Source: Fibrobacterota bacterium (GTDB taxonomy: Bacteria; Fibrobacterota; Fibrobacteria; UBA11236). From it: DNA of 21,221 nucleotides. Both the position numbers and the translations under genes were made by a program. The stretch is taken from NCBI GenBank assembly GCA_043753995.1, contig JAYUVP010000162.1, positions 1-21,221 on the forward strand, given 5' to 3'. Positions 1 through 9,029 of the stretch are shown here, piece by piece (within the stretch, counting starts at the first letter, position 1; every line of letters begins with the position of its first letter). Under the pieces are notes generated by a model. The model worked only from the letters and a program-made list of their open reading frames with translations, was not told the DNA's origin and did not search any database.

Positions 1-60
1 TATCAGGCTGCGCGTCGAATGGGGATGGCCTGGCAAGGAATGAAGGCGCGGCGGTCGAAG

Positions 61-144
61 TGGCGGAGGGTGAGGGACTCGAACCCCCAAGCCTTGCGGC
101 GGCGGTTTTCAAGACCGCTGACTTACCAATTAGCCTAACCCTCC
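61..144 (-). tRNA. tRNA-Ser(UGA), 84 nt, CCA encoded
   Basis: The reverse complement GGAGGGTTAGGCTAATTGGTAAGTCAGCGGTCTTGAAAACCGCCGCCGCAAGGCTTGGGGGTTCGAGTCCCTCACCCTCCGCCA folds as a cloverleaf: acceptor GGAGGGT/ACCCTCC, anticodon stem GCGGT/ACCGC with loop CT-TGA-AA, variable arm GCC-GCAA-GGC, T-loop TTCGAGT, discriminator G, 3' CCA. Confidence 0.97.
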
Positions 145-159
145 AAGCTGGCCGGGGTG

Positions 160-167
160 CAAAGGTA
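160..167 (-). promoter_or_regulatory. Putative FCB/Bacteroidetes-type -7 promoter element (TACCTTTG) for the tRNA
   Basis: The minus strand reads gatTACCTTTGcaccccgg, 15 nt upstream of the tRNA 5' end, and matches the TAnnTTTG consensus exactly. Confidence 0.6.
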
Positions 168-279
168 ATCAAGGTATTCTTGGTTTTTCGGCCTTTTGGG
201 GGCGACTTATCGGCCGATTTACTGAGGCATTGCATCAAAGTTCGCAAAGAAAATAGGGAATTGCCTCCACCGAATGGGA

Positions 280-285
280 TATAAT
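280..285 (+). promoter_or_regulatory. Putative -10 element (TATAAT) for the Ig-repeat protein operon
   Basis: Perfect TATAAT 30 nt upstream of ATG 316, with a GGAG RBS at 306-309. No correctly spaced -35 element was seen. Confidence 0.4.
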
Positions 286-315
286 GGCCGGGAACTAGGA
301 ATACGGGAGCCTTGG

Positions 316-3099
316 ATGCAGCTTAGCAAACCCCACTTTTTTCGAAAACTTGGCCCAATTGCGGTGCTTCTATCCCTGGCCGTCATGTTTTGTGAGCCAG
401 GTAAGGCTTTGGATCCAACACTTCCGGCGGAAGATAAGCCAACGGGAAAAATCCCCCGCATAGACACAACCGATATTCCCACCAAGATTCTTCCCGGGGA
501 TACGGTCACTCTGATTGCCACAGTCGCGGATTCCTCCACGAGCGAACCCCTGGTCGGCGGGAAAGTGGTCGTGTCCAGTTCCAAATTCACCTTGTTGAAT
601 GCCTCCAATGACAAGCCTTTATCGCTGGATTCGGTTCCTGCGGATGGCAAGGTGGGCTTTCGAATTGTCTCTGCAGCTTCCGGTTCGGGCAGCGTGGTCA
701 TCCGTATTATTTCAGGAGATTATACGCGCTCCTTGTCTTTCAATATTGGCGTGACGGAAAAGCCCATTCCCGCTAAGGTGATTGAAACTTTTCCCAATAC
801 CATCACACCCAAGGACACCATTCCTTTGGGCTTGCTGATTGTCGATACCACGGCTAAGCAAAACCCACTTGGAAATGCCGAGGTTCAGGTCACCAGCCAA
901 TTTTTCACCGTGCTTTCCTCCGACGGAAAAACGGTGATAAGCACCGACACTACCGCCGCGGCTGGCAAAGTGACATTTCGATTGCACTCGAGCGTGGCTG
1001 GCACTGGAACCGTTCAAGTGAAGGTGACAACGGGTGCCGGCATTGTCTCGGTCACCACCTTGACCCTTACCGTGACCGATGCCCCGCAAACCGAGCGGCC
1101 AAGGCAAATGATTTTCACGGCTTTGCGGGCAAACTTGAAAGCCGACGGCAGCGATTCCACTGACCTGAAGGTGGTGGTGAAGGATGATAACAATAATCCC
1201 ATGGCCGATGAAATTATTCGCTTCAGCGCCACAGGCGGTCTCGTGCAAGCTGAGGCTAAGACCGATGCTTGGGGCCAAGCCCATGGTACCCTTATTTCGG
1301 AGCGCATCAATAAGGCCGTCATCGTGACGGCAACCTTGGTCAAAACCGGTGCATCGGTACAGCAAAAGGTGACCTTCAGCGGAGTCAATATTCAAATCAA
1401 TGCCAGTAAGCGAGTGATAATGGTGGATAGCATAGTCCAAGTCAACTTTGCTTTGAAAGATGCCAGTGACAATCCTATTGCCGGTGATTCCTTGCAAATT
1501 CAGGTCAGCAATTCTAAGGATGGATTTTATCCTCAGAAATTGGATTCTATGGTTGTAGTCACCGATACCAAGGGTGAGTATCACACTTCCATTACGTCGC
1601 ATGTCGAAGCGACTTCGATTATCACGGCTTCTGCTTTAGGATCCTTTGGAACCCAAGATGTGAAGTTCACCAGTAAGACTTTAACCATTACCTCCTCTAA
1701 ATCCACCTTATCCGGCGATGGAAAGGATGTGACAACCTTAACGACTACTTTAAAGAATGGAAACGGTGGGAATATCAATGGCGCGGATTTGCGTTGGACG
1801 ACGACCTTCGGAACTTTTGTCACTACGCCATTCACCCAAACCTCCGATGGGAAAAGCACCATCAATTTGAAAGCGGCGTTGGGTTCCGGATTGGCCACGA
1901 TCAATGTTGAGGCCTTGGAGGGTGGCAAATTGATTGCCAGCGGAAATATGACGGTTCGGATTTTACCCTTAGCCGTCGACAAACTGGATCTCAAGGTGAC
2001 TCCAGACAATATTCCGGTAAGGACAGGTGAAGCGACCTTGATTGCCCAGGCCTATGATAGTGCGGGTAATGTCATGACAGGTGTTTTGGTGGGCTTTAAA
2101 ATGATCAAGGGTGCTGGCGGTGGCGATGAGGTCATCAGCCCACCCGCAGCCTATACCGAAAATGGATCGGCCACTTCCATATTTAAAGCGGGAAGCGTGA
2201 TTAGTTTCTATCGCAGTGTGCGCGTCGCCGCGGTTGCTCTTGATATTGTTGGAAATGACACCCTGATCATTGCGAGTTCAGATACGGTTCCATTCACCAT
2301 CTCTGGACCGCCACATTATGTCTCCATCGGCGTGAATGTGCTTAAGGGCATTAATCCCGATGACGGAACCTTCAGTCTTCCCACGGCAGCCGTGGTCACC
2401 GACGTGAATGGCAACTTAGTGGCCGATGGAACTCCTACGAATTTCAGCGTTAGGCCGGTGATGGCGCGTCGGGCCTATATTTCTTGGCATCCCATTAACT
2501 ATATCCCCGGATATTATTTAGGAGATACGGCGTACCAGGAGTACCCCTGGGGCGATTACAATAATAATGGCAAGCTGGATCCAGGTGAAAAGCCCAGTCA
2601 TCTCATTCCTTCGAATCCGGCGCGTGGGGAAGATATTGACGGCAATGGCATCATCTATTTGCCCCCTGAAACTTTTACTGACTTGAATGGCAATGGAGTC
2701 TGGGACTCGGTCAATGCCGAGCCCATGGTGCCCTATTATTACGACACGCTTTATCGGCGGCAGGTTTGGGTCGATTTCAATAAAAACGGAATTCGCGATA
2801 CAGCTGAGCCATTCACCGACGTGAATAAGGACGGACGATGCCAATGCACGGGAACTGAGGATTCCAACGGGGTGATTTACGAATCCAATTATTTCGAAAG
2901 CCCTTACAATAAACCATTCCCTGGCAACGCTTCGATCGGCGTGGATAGGCAAATCGGCACCGTGGGTGGAAAAGCGCTGACGAAAATCACCTATGTACAG
3001 ACGGATGCTCTTCGTGTGGTCGCGAGAGTGACGGCGGAAGCGAATGGTATTCAAAGTTTTGTAGACGTCATTCTACCAGTGATTTTGTCTGGAAAATGA
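316..3099 (+). CDS. Large exported Big_1 (invasin/intimin-type) Ig-repeat surface protein, possible lipoprotein/adhesin, 927 aa
   Basis: Start moved to ATG 316 (RBS GGAG). The N-terminus is basic then hydrophobic and ends in ...LAVMF-C. Repeated Big_1 signatures follow (LKADGSDSTDLKVVVKDDNNNP...KTDAWGQA; LSGDGKDVTTLTTTLKNGNG; VVTDVNGNLVADGT). The sequence is Thr/Val/Ser-rich beta, with five Dx[DN]x[DN]G loops near the C-terminus. Confidence 0.85.
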   Translation: MQLSKPHFFRKLGPIAVLLSLAVMFCEPGKALDPTLPAEDKPTGKIPRIDTTDIPTKILPGDTVTLIATVADSSTSEPLVGGKVVVSSSKFTLLNASNDKPLSLDSVPADGKVGFRIVSAASGSGSVVIRIISGDYTRSLSFNIGVTEKPIPAKVIETFPNTITPKDTIPLGLLIVDTTAKQNPLGNAEVQVTSQFFTVLSSDGKTVISTDTTAAAGKVTFRLHSSVAGTGTVQVKVTTGAGIVSVTTLTLTVTDAPQTERPRQMIFTALRANLKADGSDSTDLKVVVKDDNNNPMADEIIRFSATGGLVQAEAKTDAWGQAHGTLISERINKAVIVTATLVKTGASVQQKVTFSGVNIQINASKRVIMVDSIVQVNFALKDASDNPIAGDSLQIQVSNSKDGFYPQKLDSMVVVTDTKGEYHTSITSHVEATSIITASALGSFGTQDVKFTSKTLTITSSKSTLSGDGKDVTTLTTTLKNGNGGNINGADLRWTTTFGTFVTTPFTQTSDGKSTINLKAALGSGLATINVEALEGGKLIASGNMTVRILPLAVDKLDLKVTPDNIPVRTGEATLIAQAYDSAGNVMTGVLVGFKMIKGAGGGDEVISPPAAYTENGSATSIFKAGSVISFYRSVRVAAVALDIVGNDTLIIASSDTVPFTISGPPHYVSIGVNVLKGINPDDGTFSLPTAAVVTDVNGNLVADGTPTNFSVRPVMARRAYISWHPINYIPGYYLGDTAYQEYPWGDYNNNGKLDPGEKPSHLIPSNPARGEDIDGNGIIYLPPETFTDLNGNGVWDSVNAEPMVPYYYDTLYRRQVWVDFNKNGIRDTAEPFTDVNKDGRCQCTGTEDSNGVIYESNYFESPYNKPFPGNASIGVDRQIGTVGGKALTKITYVQTDALRVVARVTAEANGIQSFVDVILPVILSGK

Positions 3100-3953
3100 T
3101 CATGAAGCATTTCAATTCAGCCCGACCGAGTGGCGAATGCCGCTCATGGCTAGCAACCTGCCTACTGGCTTTCGGCGCTTTTGTACAAGCTCCTTTAGCT
3201 ATGCCCCCGGGTGCGCCCATGGGAGACTTCGGGCCTAAGCAATTGGCGGTTTCCGCCTTCTTTGATCACAATGGCCTGAGCCTTTTCGAAGATCCGGCGA
3301 TGGCGGTCATGAATACGGCAGGCATGGGTGTTGAATATGCCCCGTTTCGTTTTCTCCAAATTGGAGCCTTCGCCGGCGCCATCGAGACGGACATTGCTGT
3401 GCCGGTTTCGCGGCAATCCGATACATCTGCACGTTCCTTTAATGGCGACTATAGTTTTGCGGGAGGAGGGGAGTTAAAACTTGCCACTCCTCGCTTTATT
3501 GGGGATGCCATGCGTTTCGTGGCCTATGGCAATGCGACTTGGTTTCGCGTGGAAGATGTTTCCGGCAATTTGCGAAGCGGATTTTATTATCAAGGAGGAT
3601 TATCCTTGCAATGGAGTCCCATGCCTCGTTTGAATTTTATCCTGGGCGCGGAATACCATGCCCTAGATGGCACTCAAGAGAACACCCTTAAGAGGCAATC
3701 CCCATTCGGCCTCACGGCCGCAGAAGAGGCCGATGCTGGACGGGCCTTGGTTGGTGTCGAATACACTTTTCCTCAAAAAAACCGGCCCTTTATCAGCCTT
3801 TCTTTTCGGCCGAATGGAAACCTGGGGTGGGATGATCGATTGGGTGTGAAAAATGCTTCGGTGGCCGTTGCCTTCGGAGTCATCACCGATTTAGGTCAAG
3901 TCGCCCCTGGCAAGCAGCAAGAAGAAGAATCTATAAGCCCGATTGAAGATTAG
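3096..3953 (+). CDS. Putative outer-membrane beta-barrel protein, 285 aa
   Basis: ATGA overlap with the upstream stop and a signal peptide ending APLA. Alternating amphipathic Gly/aromatic strands (AGMGVEYAPF, YQGGLSLQWSP, LNFILGAEY, ALVGVEYTFP, PFISLSFRP). Confidence 0.7.
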   Translation: MIMKHFNSARPSGECRSWLATCLLAFGAFVQAPLAMPPGAPMGDFGPKQLAVSAFFDHNGLSLFEDPAMAVMNTAGMGVEYAPFRFLQIGAFAGAIETDIAVPVSRQSDTSARSFNGDYSFAGGGELKLATPRFIGDAMRFVAYGNATWFRVEDVSGNLRSGFYYQGGLSLQWSPMPRLNFILGAEYHALDGTQENTLKRQSPFGLTAAEEADAGRALVGVEYTFPQKNRPFISLSFRPNGNLGWDDRLGVKNASVAVAFGVITDLGQVAPGKQQEEESISPIED

Positions 3954-3964
3954 CGGGTGGCCGT

Positions 3965-5062
3965 TCAGGTGGAGAGCAACCACTCTTCCACCACTTCCGT
4001 GAAAAGCTCGCCGTCCTTGCGGCCATATTCCATAAGCTCCTGGGCATATTCTCCGTCGAAAAGCAAATAGCTGAGCAGCTCCGCCGATATCCAGCCGCCG
4101 AAGAGGTAACGCAGCGTTTTGGGAAAGCGACGGCGATGCCTTTGGGCTATCATGCTGAAATCAAGCATGGGACCCACGCGGCAAAGATCAATGATGCGCA
4201 CGTCCCTTTCTTTTTCATCGATGCGATTGGCCAGCAAATTGACTCGATTCATGAATTGGGAATCAATATCCACGGCATCCAGGAACATGGCATCGAGCAT
4301 GGTGGCGGCGATGCGACCCAGAGTGGGCACGGTATGATTCTGATTATTGTAAGAATCGCCACGAAGTGAAATATTGATGATGCGCTCGGCCCCCAAGCGG
4401 ATGGCGGCATTCAATGGCGTCATATTCCGCAAGGAACCATCGCCATAATAGTGGCCATCCATGAGCACCGGTGGAAAAATCAGCGGCACCGCACAGCTGG
4501 CCATGATATGCTCGACCGTGAGGGTGGTGCGAACGCCGCGAACGGTGGGCCTTTCCCAGCTCGGGCAGACTTCGCGAGTTTGGAAAAAAGTCACGTTTTT
4601 CATGTTGGTATAATCGAATACCGAAAGTGCCAAGGCATGATCGGGCAAGGTGCGCAAACGCTGTTGCACCTGGCCCATGTCGATATTTTTCCGTAAATAA
4701 TCAGCAAGGGGTGTCGTACTGAGTATGGCATTGACTATGGTGTCGGCATTCGCGCCGCCCCGATGGCGTGAACTGCGCACCAATCGCAAAAGGTTTTTCG
4801 CCACGGCCTTCAGGTCCGTTTCGAAAATATCATGGGTGACCAGATTTCCCCACAAATGCTCCAGGGCTTCAACCCCGCTGGCATAATTGGGCGCGGTTTG
4901 CATCAGCCTTACAGCATTGATCGAACCGGCCGAGACCCCGACCATGATTTCTAGAGCGGCATTGCGGCGAAAAATGTCCTTCCACGCCGAGAGTATTCCG
5001 GCTTGATAGGCGCCGCGGGCACCGCCGCCGCTTAAAATCAAGGCGACTTTTTTACGCGCCAT
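3965..5062 (-). CDS. Patatin-like phospholipase, 365 aa
   Basis: Glycine loop LSGGGARGAYQAG, nucleophile elbow GVSAG, catalytic Asp motif YGDGS, and ASCAVP..FPP. Confidence 0.92.
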   Translation of the reverse strand: MARKKVALILSGGGARGAYQAGILSAWKDIFRRNAALEIMVGVSAGSINAVRLMQTAPNYASGVEALEHLWGNLVTHDIFETDLKAVAKNLLRLVRSSRHRGGANADTIVNAILSTTPLADYLRKNIDMGQVQQRLRTLPDHALALSVFDYTNMKNVTFFQTREVCPSWERPTVRGVRTTLTVEHIMASCAVPLIFPPVLMDGHYYGDGSLRNMTPLNAAIRLGAERIINISLRGDSYNNQNHTVPTLGRIAATMLDAMFLDAVDIDSQFMNRVNLLANRIDEKERDVRIIDLCRVGPMLDFSMIAQRHRRRFPKTLRYLFGGWISAELLSYLLFDGEYAQELMEYGRKDGELFTEVVEEWLLST

Positions 5063-5077
5063 GGCGGGTCCACGTTT

Positions 5078-6424
5078 TCAAACGGTTCCTGGCCGCAATT
5101 TGCGATGTTCACGCATTTGCCCGCGCAGCCATTCCTTGACGATATGGGCGGCCAATTCGCTGGCATGGACGGCGAGGTAATTATTGTGAATAAGCATGAC
5201 CGCCACGGCTATGCCCTGACTGGGGTTGTCCTTGAGACGCGCATAGCCTATGAACCATTCATAGCGACCTGGAGGCTCACTGCCGTCCAGAGAGCCGGTT
5301 TTACCACCCGTTTCCAGGCGATCCAATTCCTCCGCTCTCATAGCGCGGTGAAAGCCTTTGCGGGCCGTTCCTGCGCGTGTCGTCGTCGCCATCAAGTCCT
5401 GAAGCTGTCGCAGAACGCGCGGGCTGGCTACACTTTCCGGCGCTTCGGAAATCGTCAATGGCAAAATGCTATGACTCGATTCCAAGTCCACGAATTCGCG
5501 CACTAGAGTGGGAGTTAATAAACGGCCATCCTGACCCACCGCGCGGGCTATTTGCAAGGCATGAAGGGGCGAAAGGGTGGAGTTGTCGGTGAAGCCGCAG
5601 GCGACCTCCGCCAAGGCAAATCCGCTGTCGGGGGCCGAGAAACGACTCATGCGCCATTCACTGGAAATCCGCTCGGCATTGAAGCCGAATCGTTCGGCGG
5701 AAGTTTGCAAAGCTTTAGCTCCAAGCCGCAGTCCCAAGACGCCAAATGCTGGATTGACACTGCGGGCAAAGGCTTCACGTAACTCAATTTTCGGACAGGA
5801 CTTATGCTCATTCACTTTAAGCTGAGAGCGATAGAGGGTGTGATTGCTTCCCAGTTGGGGTAGGCTGTCATCAGGACTTTGCAAAAGGCTTTCCAAGCCG
5901 GCTGCCGCAGTAATGATTTTGATCAGGGAGGCGGCAGGAAATCCCGATTGTAAGGTCATTCGGAGCCCTTCTTGCACGGTATCGCCGTGGCTTTCGACCG
6001 CGGCCATTATACGGCCAGAGGCGAGATCACTCACTAATAAGGTTCCGGTTTCGGGACGAAAGCGCCGCAGATAAAGTCGAGTCTTCGCCTGCATAAGGCT
6101 GTCACTGTCATATCGCACTTCATAATGGCGACCTTGATGAGTCAGGGTATCGGCATTGGGATAATTTCGTAGAGGCGCCAGCCATGGACTCATGGATTCG
6201 GGGCTTGAAGAAAGGCCTTGCGAGCTCAGGTTTTGCGGGGTGGGCAAGGCCACTTGCGCAGATTTTGAAAGCAGATCGGCGGCAGAATCCAATGCCTTTG
6301 GCCGGGAGGTTAAAAACCATCCCAGTCCCACAGCCAAAACGCATAGGACGGCCCATCGGCGACGTAAGGAGCGCCGCTTCGGGATGCGCGACGGTCGGCG
6401 AAAATCGGAACGCTGCAGCTTGAT
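5078..6424 (-). CDS. Penicillin-binding protein, monofunctional transpeptidase domain with N-terminal membrane anchor (start uncertain)
   Basis: Motifs SxxK (ASLIK), SxN (RSVN) and KTG (GGKTGS), plus WFIGYA. The frame is open upstream of the TTG at 6337 and encodes a basic tail plus TM helix. Best start candidate is ATC at 6424 after a GAGG RBS. Confidence 0.85.
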   Translation of the reverse strand: MKLQRSDFRRPSRIPKRRSLRRRWAVLCVLAVGLGWFLTSRPKALDSAADLLSKSAQVALPTPQNLSSQGLSSSPESMSPWLAPLRNYPNADTLTHQGRHYEVRYDSDSLMQAKTRLYLRRFRPETGTLLVSDLASGRIMAAVESHGDTVQEGLRMTLQSGFPAASLIKIITAAAGLESLLQSPDDSLPQLGSNHTLYRSQLKVNEHKSCPKIELREAFARSVNPAFGVLGLRLGAKALQTSAERFGFNAERISSEWRMSRFSAPDSGFALAEVACGFTDNSTLSPLHALQIARAVGQDGRLLTPTLVREFVDLESSHSILPLTISEAPESVASPRVLRQLQDLMATTTRAGTARKGFHRAMRAEELDRLETGGKTGSLDGSEPPGRYEWFIGYARLKDNPSQGIAVAVMLIHNNYLAVHASELAAHIVKEWLRGQMREHRKLRPGTV

Positions 6425-6502
6425 AGAAACCTCATTGTGACCGGTCGGTGACCCGGCCTCTCACGCAATAACTAAGAGTGTAAGATGTTACGCCAGTTTA
6501 GG

Positions 6503-7051
6503 TCAATTCGCTGCCAAAGTCGGCAGAAAAAGTTTCTCGCGGTAATAACGCAATTCCGCGATCGAGGCTCGAATGTCGGCCAGGGCTAGGTGTTCATCGC
6601 CTTTAGGAAACTTTGGAAAATCTGGGTACCAGCGGCCTGCCAATTCCTTGACCGTAGAAACGTCTATCAGGCGATAATGCAAATGCGCTTCCAGCTTGGG
6701 CATGTAGCGAGAAAGAAACCGCCGGTCCTGCCAAACGGAATTGCCGCAAAGGGGTGACATACGGGGTTGGCACCATTGGGCCATGAATTCCAAAGACTTG
6801 ACTTCGGCGCTTGCCAGGGTTTCCTTGGAAGCCCGCACCCGGTCAATCAAGCCGCTTTTACCGTGCTGATTTTGATTCCACTCGTCCATGCCGGCCAAGG
6901 TGTTTTCGTCCACGTGAATGGCGAGATTGGGGCCTTCGGCGAGAATATTCAATTGATCGTCGGTCACCAGGGTGGCGATTTCGAGAATGGTGTCTTTTTC
7001 GGGAATCAGCCCCGTCATTTCCAAGTCAATCCAGACCAGCGCATTGGCCAT
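6503..7051 (-). CDS. orn: Oligoribonuclease (DEDDh exonuclease), 182 aa
   Basis: [50 protein letters not shown] motifs. Start at ATG 7051 (MANALVW). Confidence 0.96.
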   Translation of the reverse strand: MANALVWIDLEMTGLIPEKDTILEIATLVTDDQLNILAEGPNLAIHVDENTLAGMDEWNQNQHGKSGLIDRVRASKETLASAEVKSLEFMAQWCQPRMSPLCGNSVWQDRRFLSRYMPKLEAHLHYRLIDVSTVKELAGRWYPDFPKFPKGDEHLALADIRASIAELRYYREKLFLPTLAAN

Positions 7052-7121
7052 GATCCCGCCCTTTCCTACCTTAAGAATCGGCCTCTCCGTGCCGGAGAAG
7101 CTTGGGAACAAACGTAGCAGC

Positions 7122-8360
7122 ATGCGAGACGTCGTCATAACGGGCATGGGTATTGCCAGCCCTCTTGGGCATAGTCCCGAAGTCTTTTTCGAAAATCTCT
7201 TGGCCGGTCGATCGGGTATCAAACGCATCCAGCGTTTTGACCCCAGCGAATTTCCCGTGCACTTTGCCGGTGAAATCCAGGACTTCGATCCCACCACGTT
7301 ATTCGAGGCCAAAGAAGCGAGCCGAACTAGCCGATACATTCAATATGCCATGCATGCGGCATTGCAAGCCGTCGAAAGAGCCGGGCTTAAGGACGCGAAA
7401 ATAAATGTGAATCGCGCGGGCATTATTTTGGGTTCGGGCATGGGCGGCATTGAAGTCTTCACGGAAAATGCAGGCGCCTTGGTGACCAAGGGCCCCAAGC
7501 GCGTGTCTCCCTTTTTCGTACCTATGGCCATCACCAATATGGGCGCGGGTATGGTGGCTATTCGCCTGGGCTGGCGAGGGCCCAATTTCTGTGTCACTTC
7601 CGCTTGTGCCACGGGAAATCATGCCTTGATGACGGCGGCCGACACTATTCGCCTTGGACGGGCGGATATTATGCTTGCCGGAGGCGCCGAAGAGGCCGTT
7701 TGCCAGGCTTCCTTGGCGGGCTTCAGTAATATGCGCGCGCTTTCTCGTCGCAATGATGCTCCAGAAAAAGCGTCCCGCCCCTGGGATATTGATCGCGATG
7801 GCTTTGTGCTGGGCGAAGGCAGTGGCGTTCTCGTTTTGGAGTCTCGCGAGCATGCTGTGGCGCGCGGCGCGAAAATCCTGGCCACCTTACGAGGCTATGG
7901 CGCAAGCTGCGATGCCCACCATATGAGCGCGCCCTTGGAAACCGGCGAAGGCGTCATGCAAGCCATGGAAGCGGCACTTGCTGAGGCTGGCATACGTAAA
8001 GAAGACGTTGGCATCGTGAATGCCCATGCGACTTCGACACCCCTGGGCGATGTGGCCGAAGTGAAGGCCATGAAAAAAGTCTTCGGATCGCATCTCGAAA
8101 AACTTCAAGTGCATGCCACTAAATCCATGACTGGGCACCTCTTAGGTGGTGCATCAGCTATTGAGGCCATTGACCTCGTCATGACCCTGAATTCAGGCAA
8201 GGTGCATCCCACCTTGAATGTCGAAAACCAAGATCCTGAATGCCCGGTGAATTGCGTGCCGGGCAAGGCCTCCACTACCGAGGCCCGCTTCGGCATCTCG
8301 AATAGCTTCGGCTTCGGCGGCCACAATAGCGTTGTTGTGATCGAAAAAGGCGAAGGTTAA
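7122..8360 (+). CDS. fabF: 3-oxoacyl-ACP synthase II (beta-ketoacyl-ACP synthase), 412 aa
   Basis: [10 protein letters not shown] start, RVSPFFVP, catalytic Cys in SACATG, His in [11 protein letters not shown] and [10 protein letters not shown]-terminal NSFGFGGHN. Confidence 0.95.
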   Translation: MRDVVITGMGIASPLGHSPEVFFENLLAGRSGIKRIQRFDPSEFPVHFAGEIQDFDPTTLFEAKEASRTSRYIQYAMHAALQAVERAGLKDAKINVNRAGIILGSGMGGIEVFTENAGALVTKGPKRVSPFFVPMAITNMGAGMVAIRLGWRGPNFCVTSACATGNHALMTAADTIRLGRADIMLAGGAEEAVCQASLAGFSNMRALSRRNDAPEKASRPWDIDRDGFVLGEGSGVLVLESREHAVARGAKILATLRGYGASCDAHHMSAPLETGEGVMQAMEAALAEAGIRKEDVGIVNAHATSTPLGDVAEVKAMKKVFGSHLEKLQVHATKSMTGHLLGGASAIEAIDLVMTLNSGKVHPTLNVENQDPECPVNCVPGKASTTEARFGISNSFGFGGHNSVVVIEKGEG

Positions 8361-8371
8361 GAATAAGGGAC

Positions 8372-8406
8372 CGGCGACCCTCACTTAGGGTTACCGCTTT
8401 CTGCGG
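8372..8406. terminator. Hairpins between convergent fabF and yciO; possible terminator
   Basis: cggcgaccct-cactt-agggttaccg (imperfect 10-bp stem) overlapping ccgc-tttct-gcgg. Only a short U-tract. Confidence 0.35.
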
Positions 8407-8414
8407 GTTGGAAT

Positions 8415-9017
8415 TCAGGGAAAAATCCCCTGACCCTGCCTTATCACTTCGGGCTCGCCATTGACCAGGGAAATCAGGGTGGTGGGGTTGAGAATCATTT
8501 CACCTAAATCCGCAATGAAGGCGACATCGTGTCCGAAGGCTTCATCGATTTCCGCAGCGCTGGTGAAAAAATCGTCGTCGCGCAGGCGGGCGGCGGTGGT
8601 CAGCAAAATCAATTCCGGCCTTAACTTCCAAAGAGCATTGCAGAAAACGCAATCAGGCAAACGAATACCGATTTCGGGTCGGTTCACGTCGAGCTGCTTG
8701 CGGCCTTTCACGGTCGCGGGCAAAACAAAGGTATAAGGCCCGGGGGTATAGCGTTTGAAAAGGCGAAAGGCGGAATTGTCGACCTTCACGAATTCGGTTA
8801 AAACCGAATAATCATGTGCCATCAAGGCCATGAGATATTTCTTCATGGCCCGCTTCAGATGATAGAGATGGTTGATGGCTTTGCGGCTATGCGCATTGCA
8901 ACCCAGGGAATAGCCGCTATCCGTGGGGTAGACCACCACTTGATCGTCGTCGAGAGCCTCCAAAAAGCGATTCAATAAGCGAACCTGAGGCGTGACGGGA
9001 TGCATTTCCAACAACAT
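8415..9017 (-). CDS. yciO: YciO-type Sua5/YrdC-family protein, 200 aa
   Basis: N-terminal HPxxPQxRL, VYPTDSGYSLGC and TPGPYTFVL are typical of the YciO subfamily. The SAN motif of TsaC is absent (TTAA instead). Confidence 0.85.
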   Translation of the reverse strand: MLLEMHPVTPQVRLLNRFLEALDDDQVVVYPTDSGYSLGCNAHSRKAINHLYHLKRAMKKYLMALMAHDYSVLTEFVKVDNSAFRLFKRYTPGPYTFVLPATVKGRKQLDVNRPEIGIRLPDCVFCNALWKLRPELILLTTAARLRDDDFFTSAAEIDEAFGHDVAFIADLGEMILNPTTLISLVNGEPEVIRQGQGIFP

Positions 9018-9029
9018 GGCGCAACACCT

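Noticed and set aside
61..144. tRNA-Sec or UGA suppressor
   Set aside because: The anticodon is UGA (reads UCA, Ser), not UCA. The 7-bp acceptor stem is normal.
1..144. Genomic island integrated at the tRNA
   Set aside because: No integrase and no duplicate of the tRNA 3' end seen in the window. The 3' flank runs off the window edge.
60..284. 74-aa ORF on the + strand
   Set aside because: It is the antisense shadow of the tRNA-Ser gene and its promoter.
3965..5062. Patatin as CBASS/retron defence effector
   Set aside because: No cyclase, reverse transcriptase or other defence gene nearby. It is co-transcribed with a PBP and resembles housekeeping patatins.
6972..7339. Long overlapping N-terminal extensions of orn (to 7339) and fabF (from 6972)
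   Set aside because: Family homology starts at ATG 7051 and ATG 7122, which removes the overlap.
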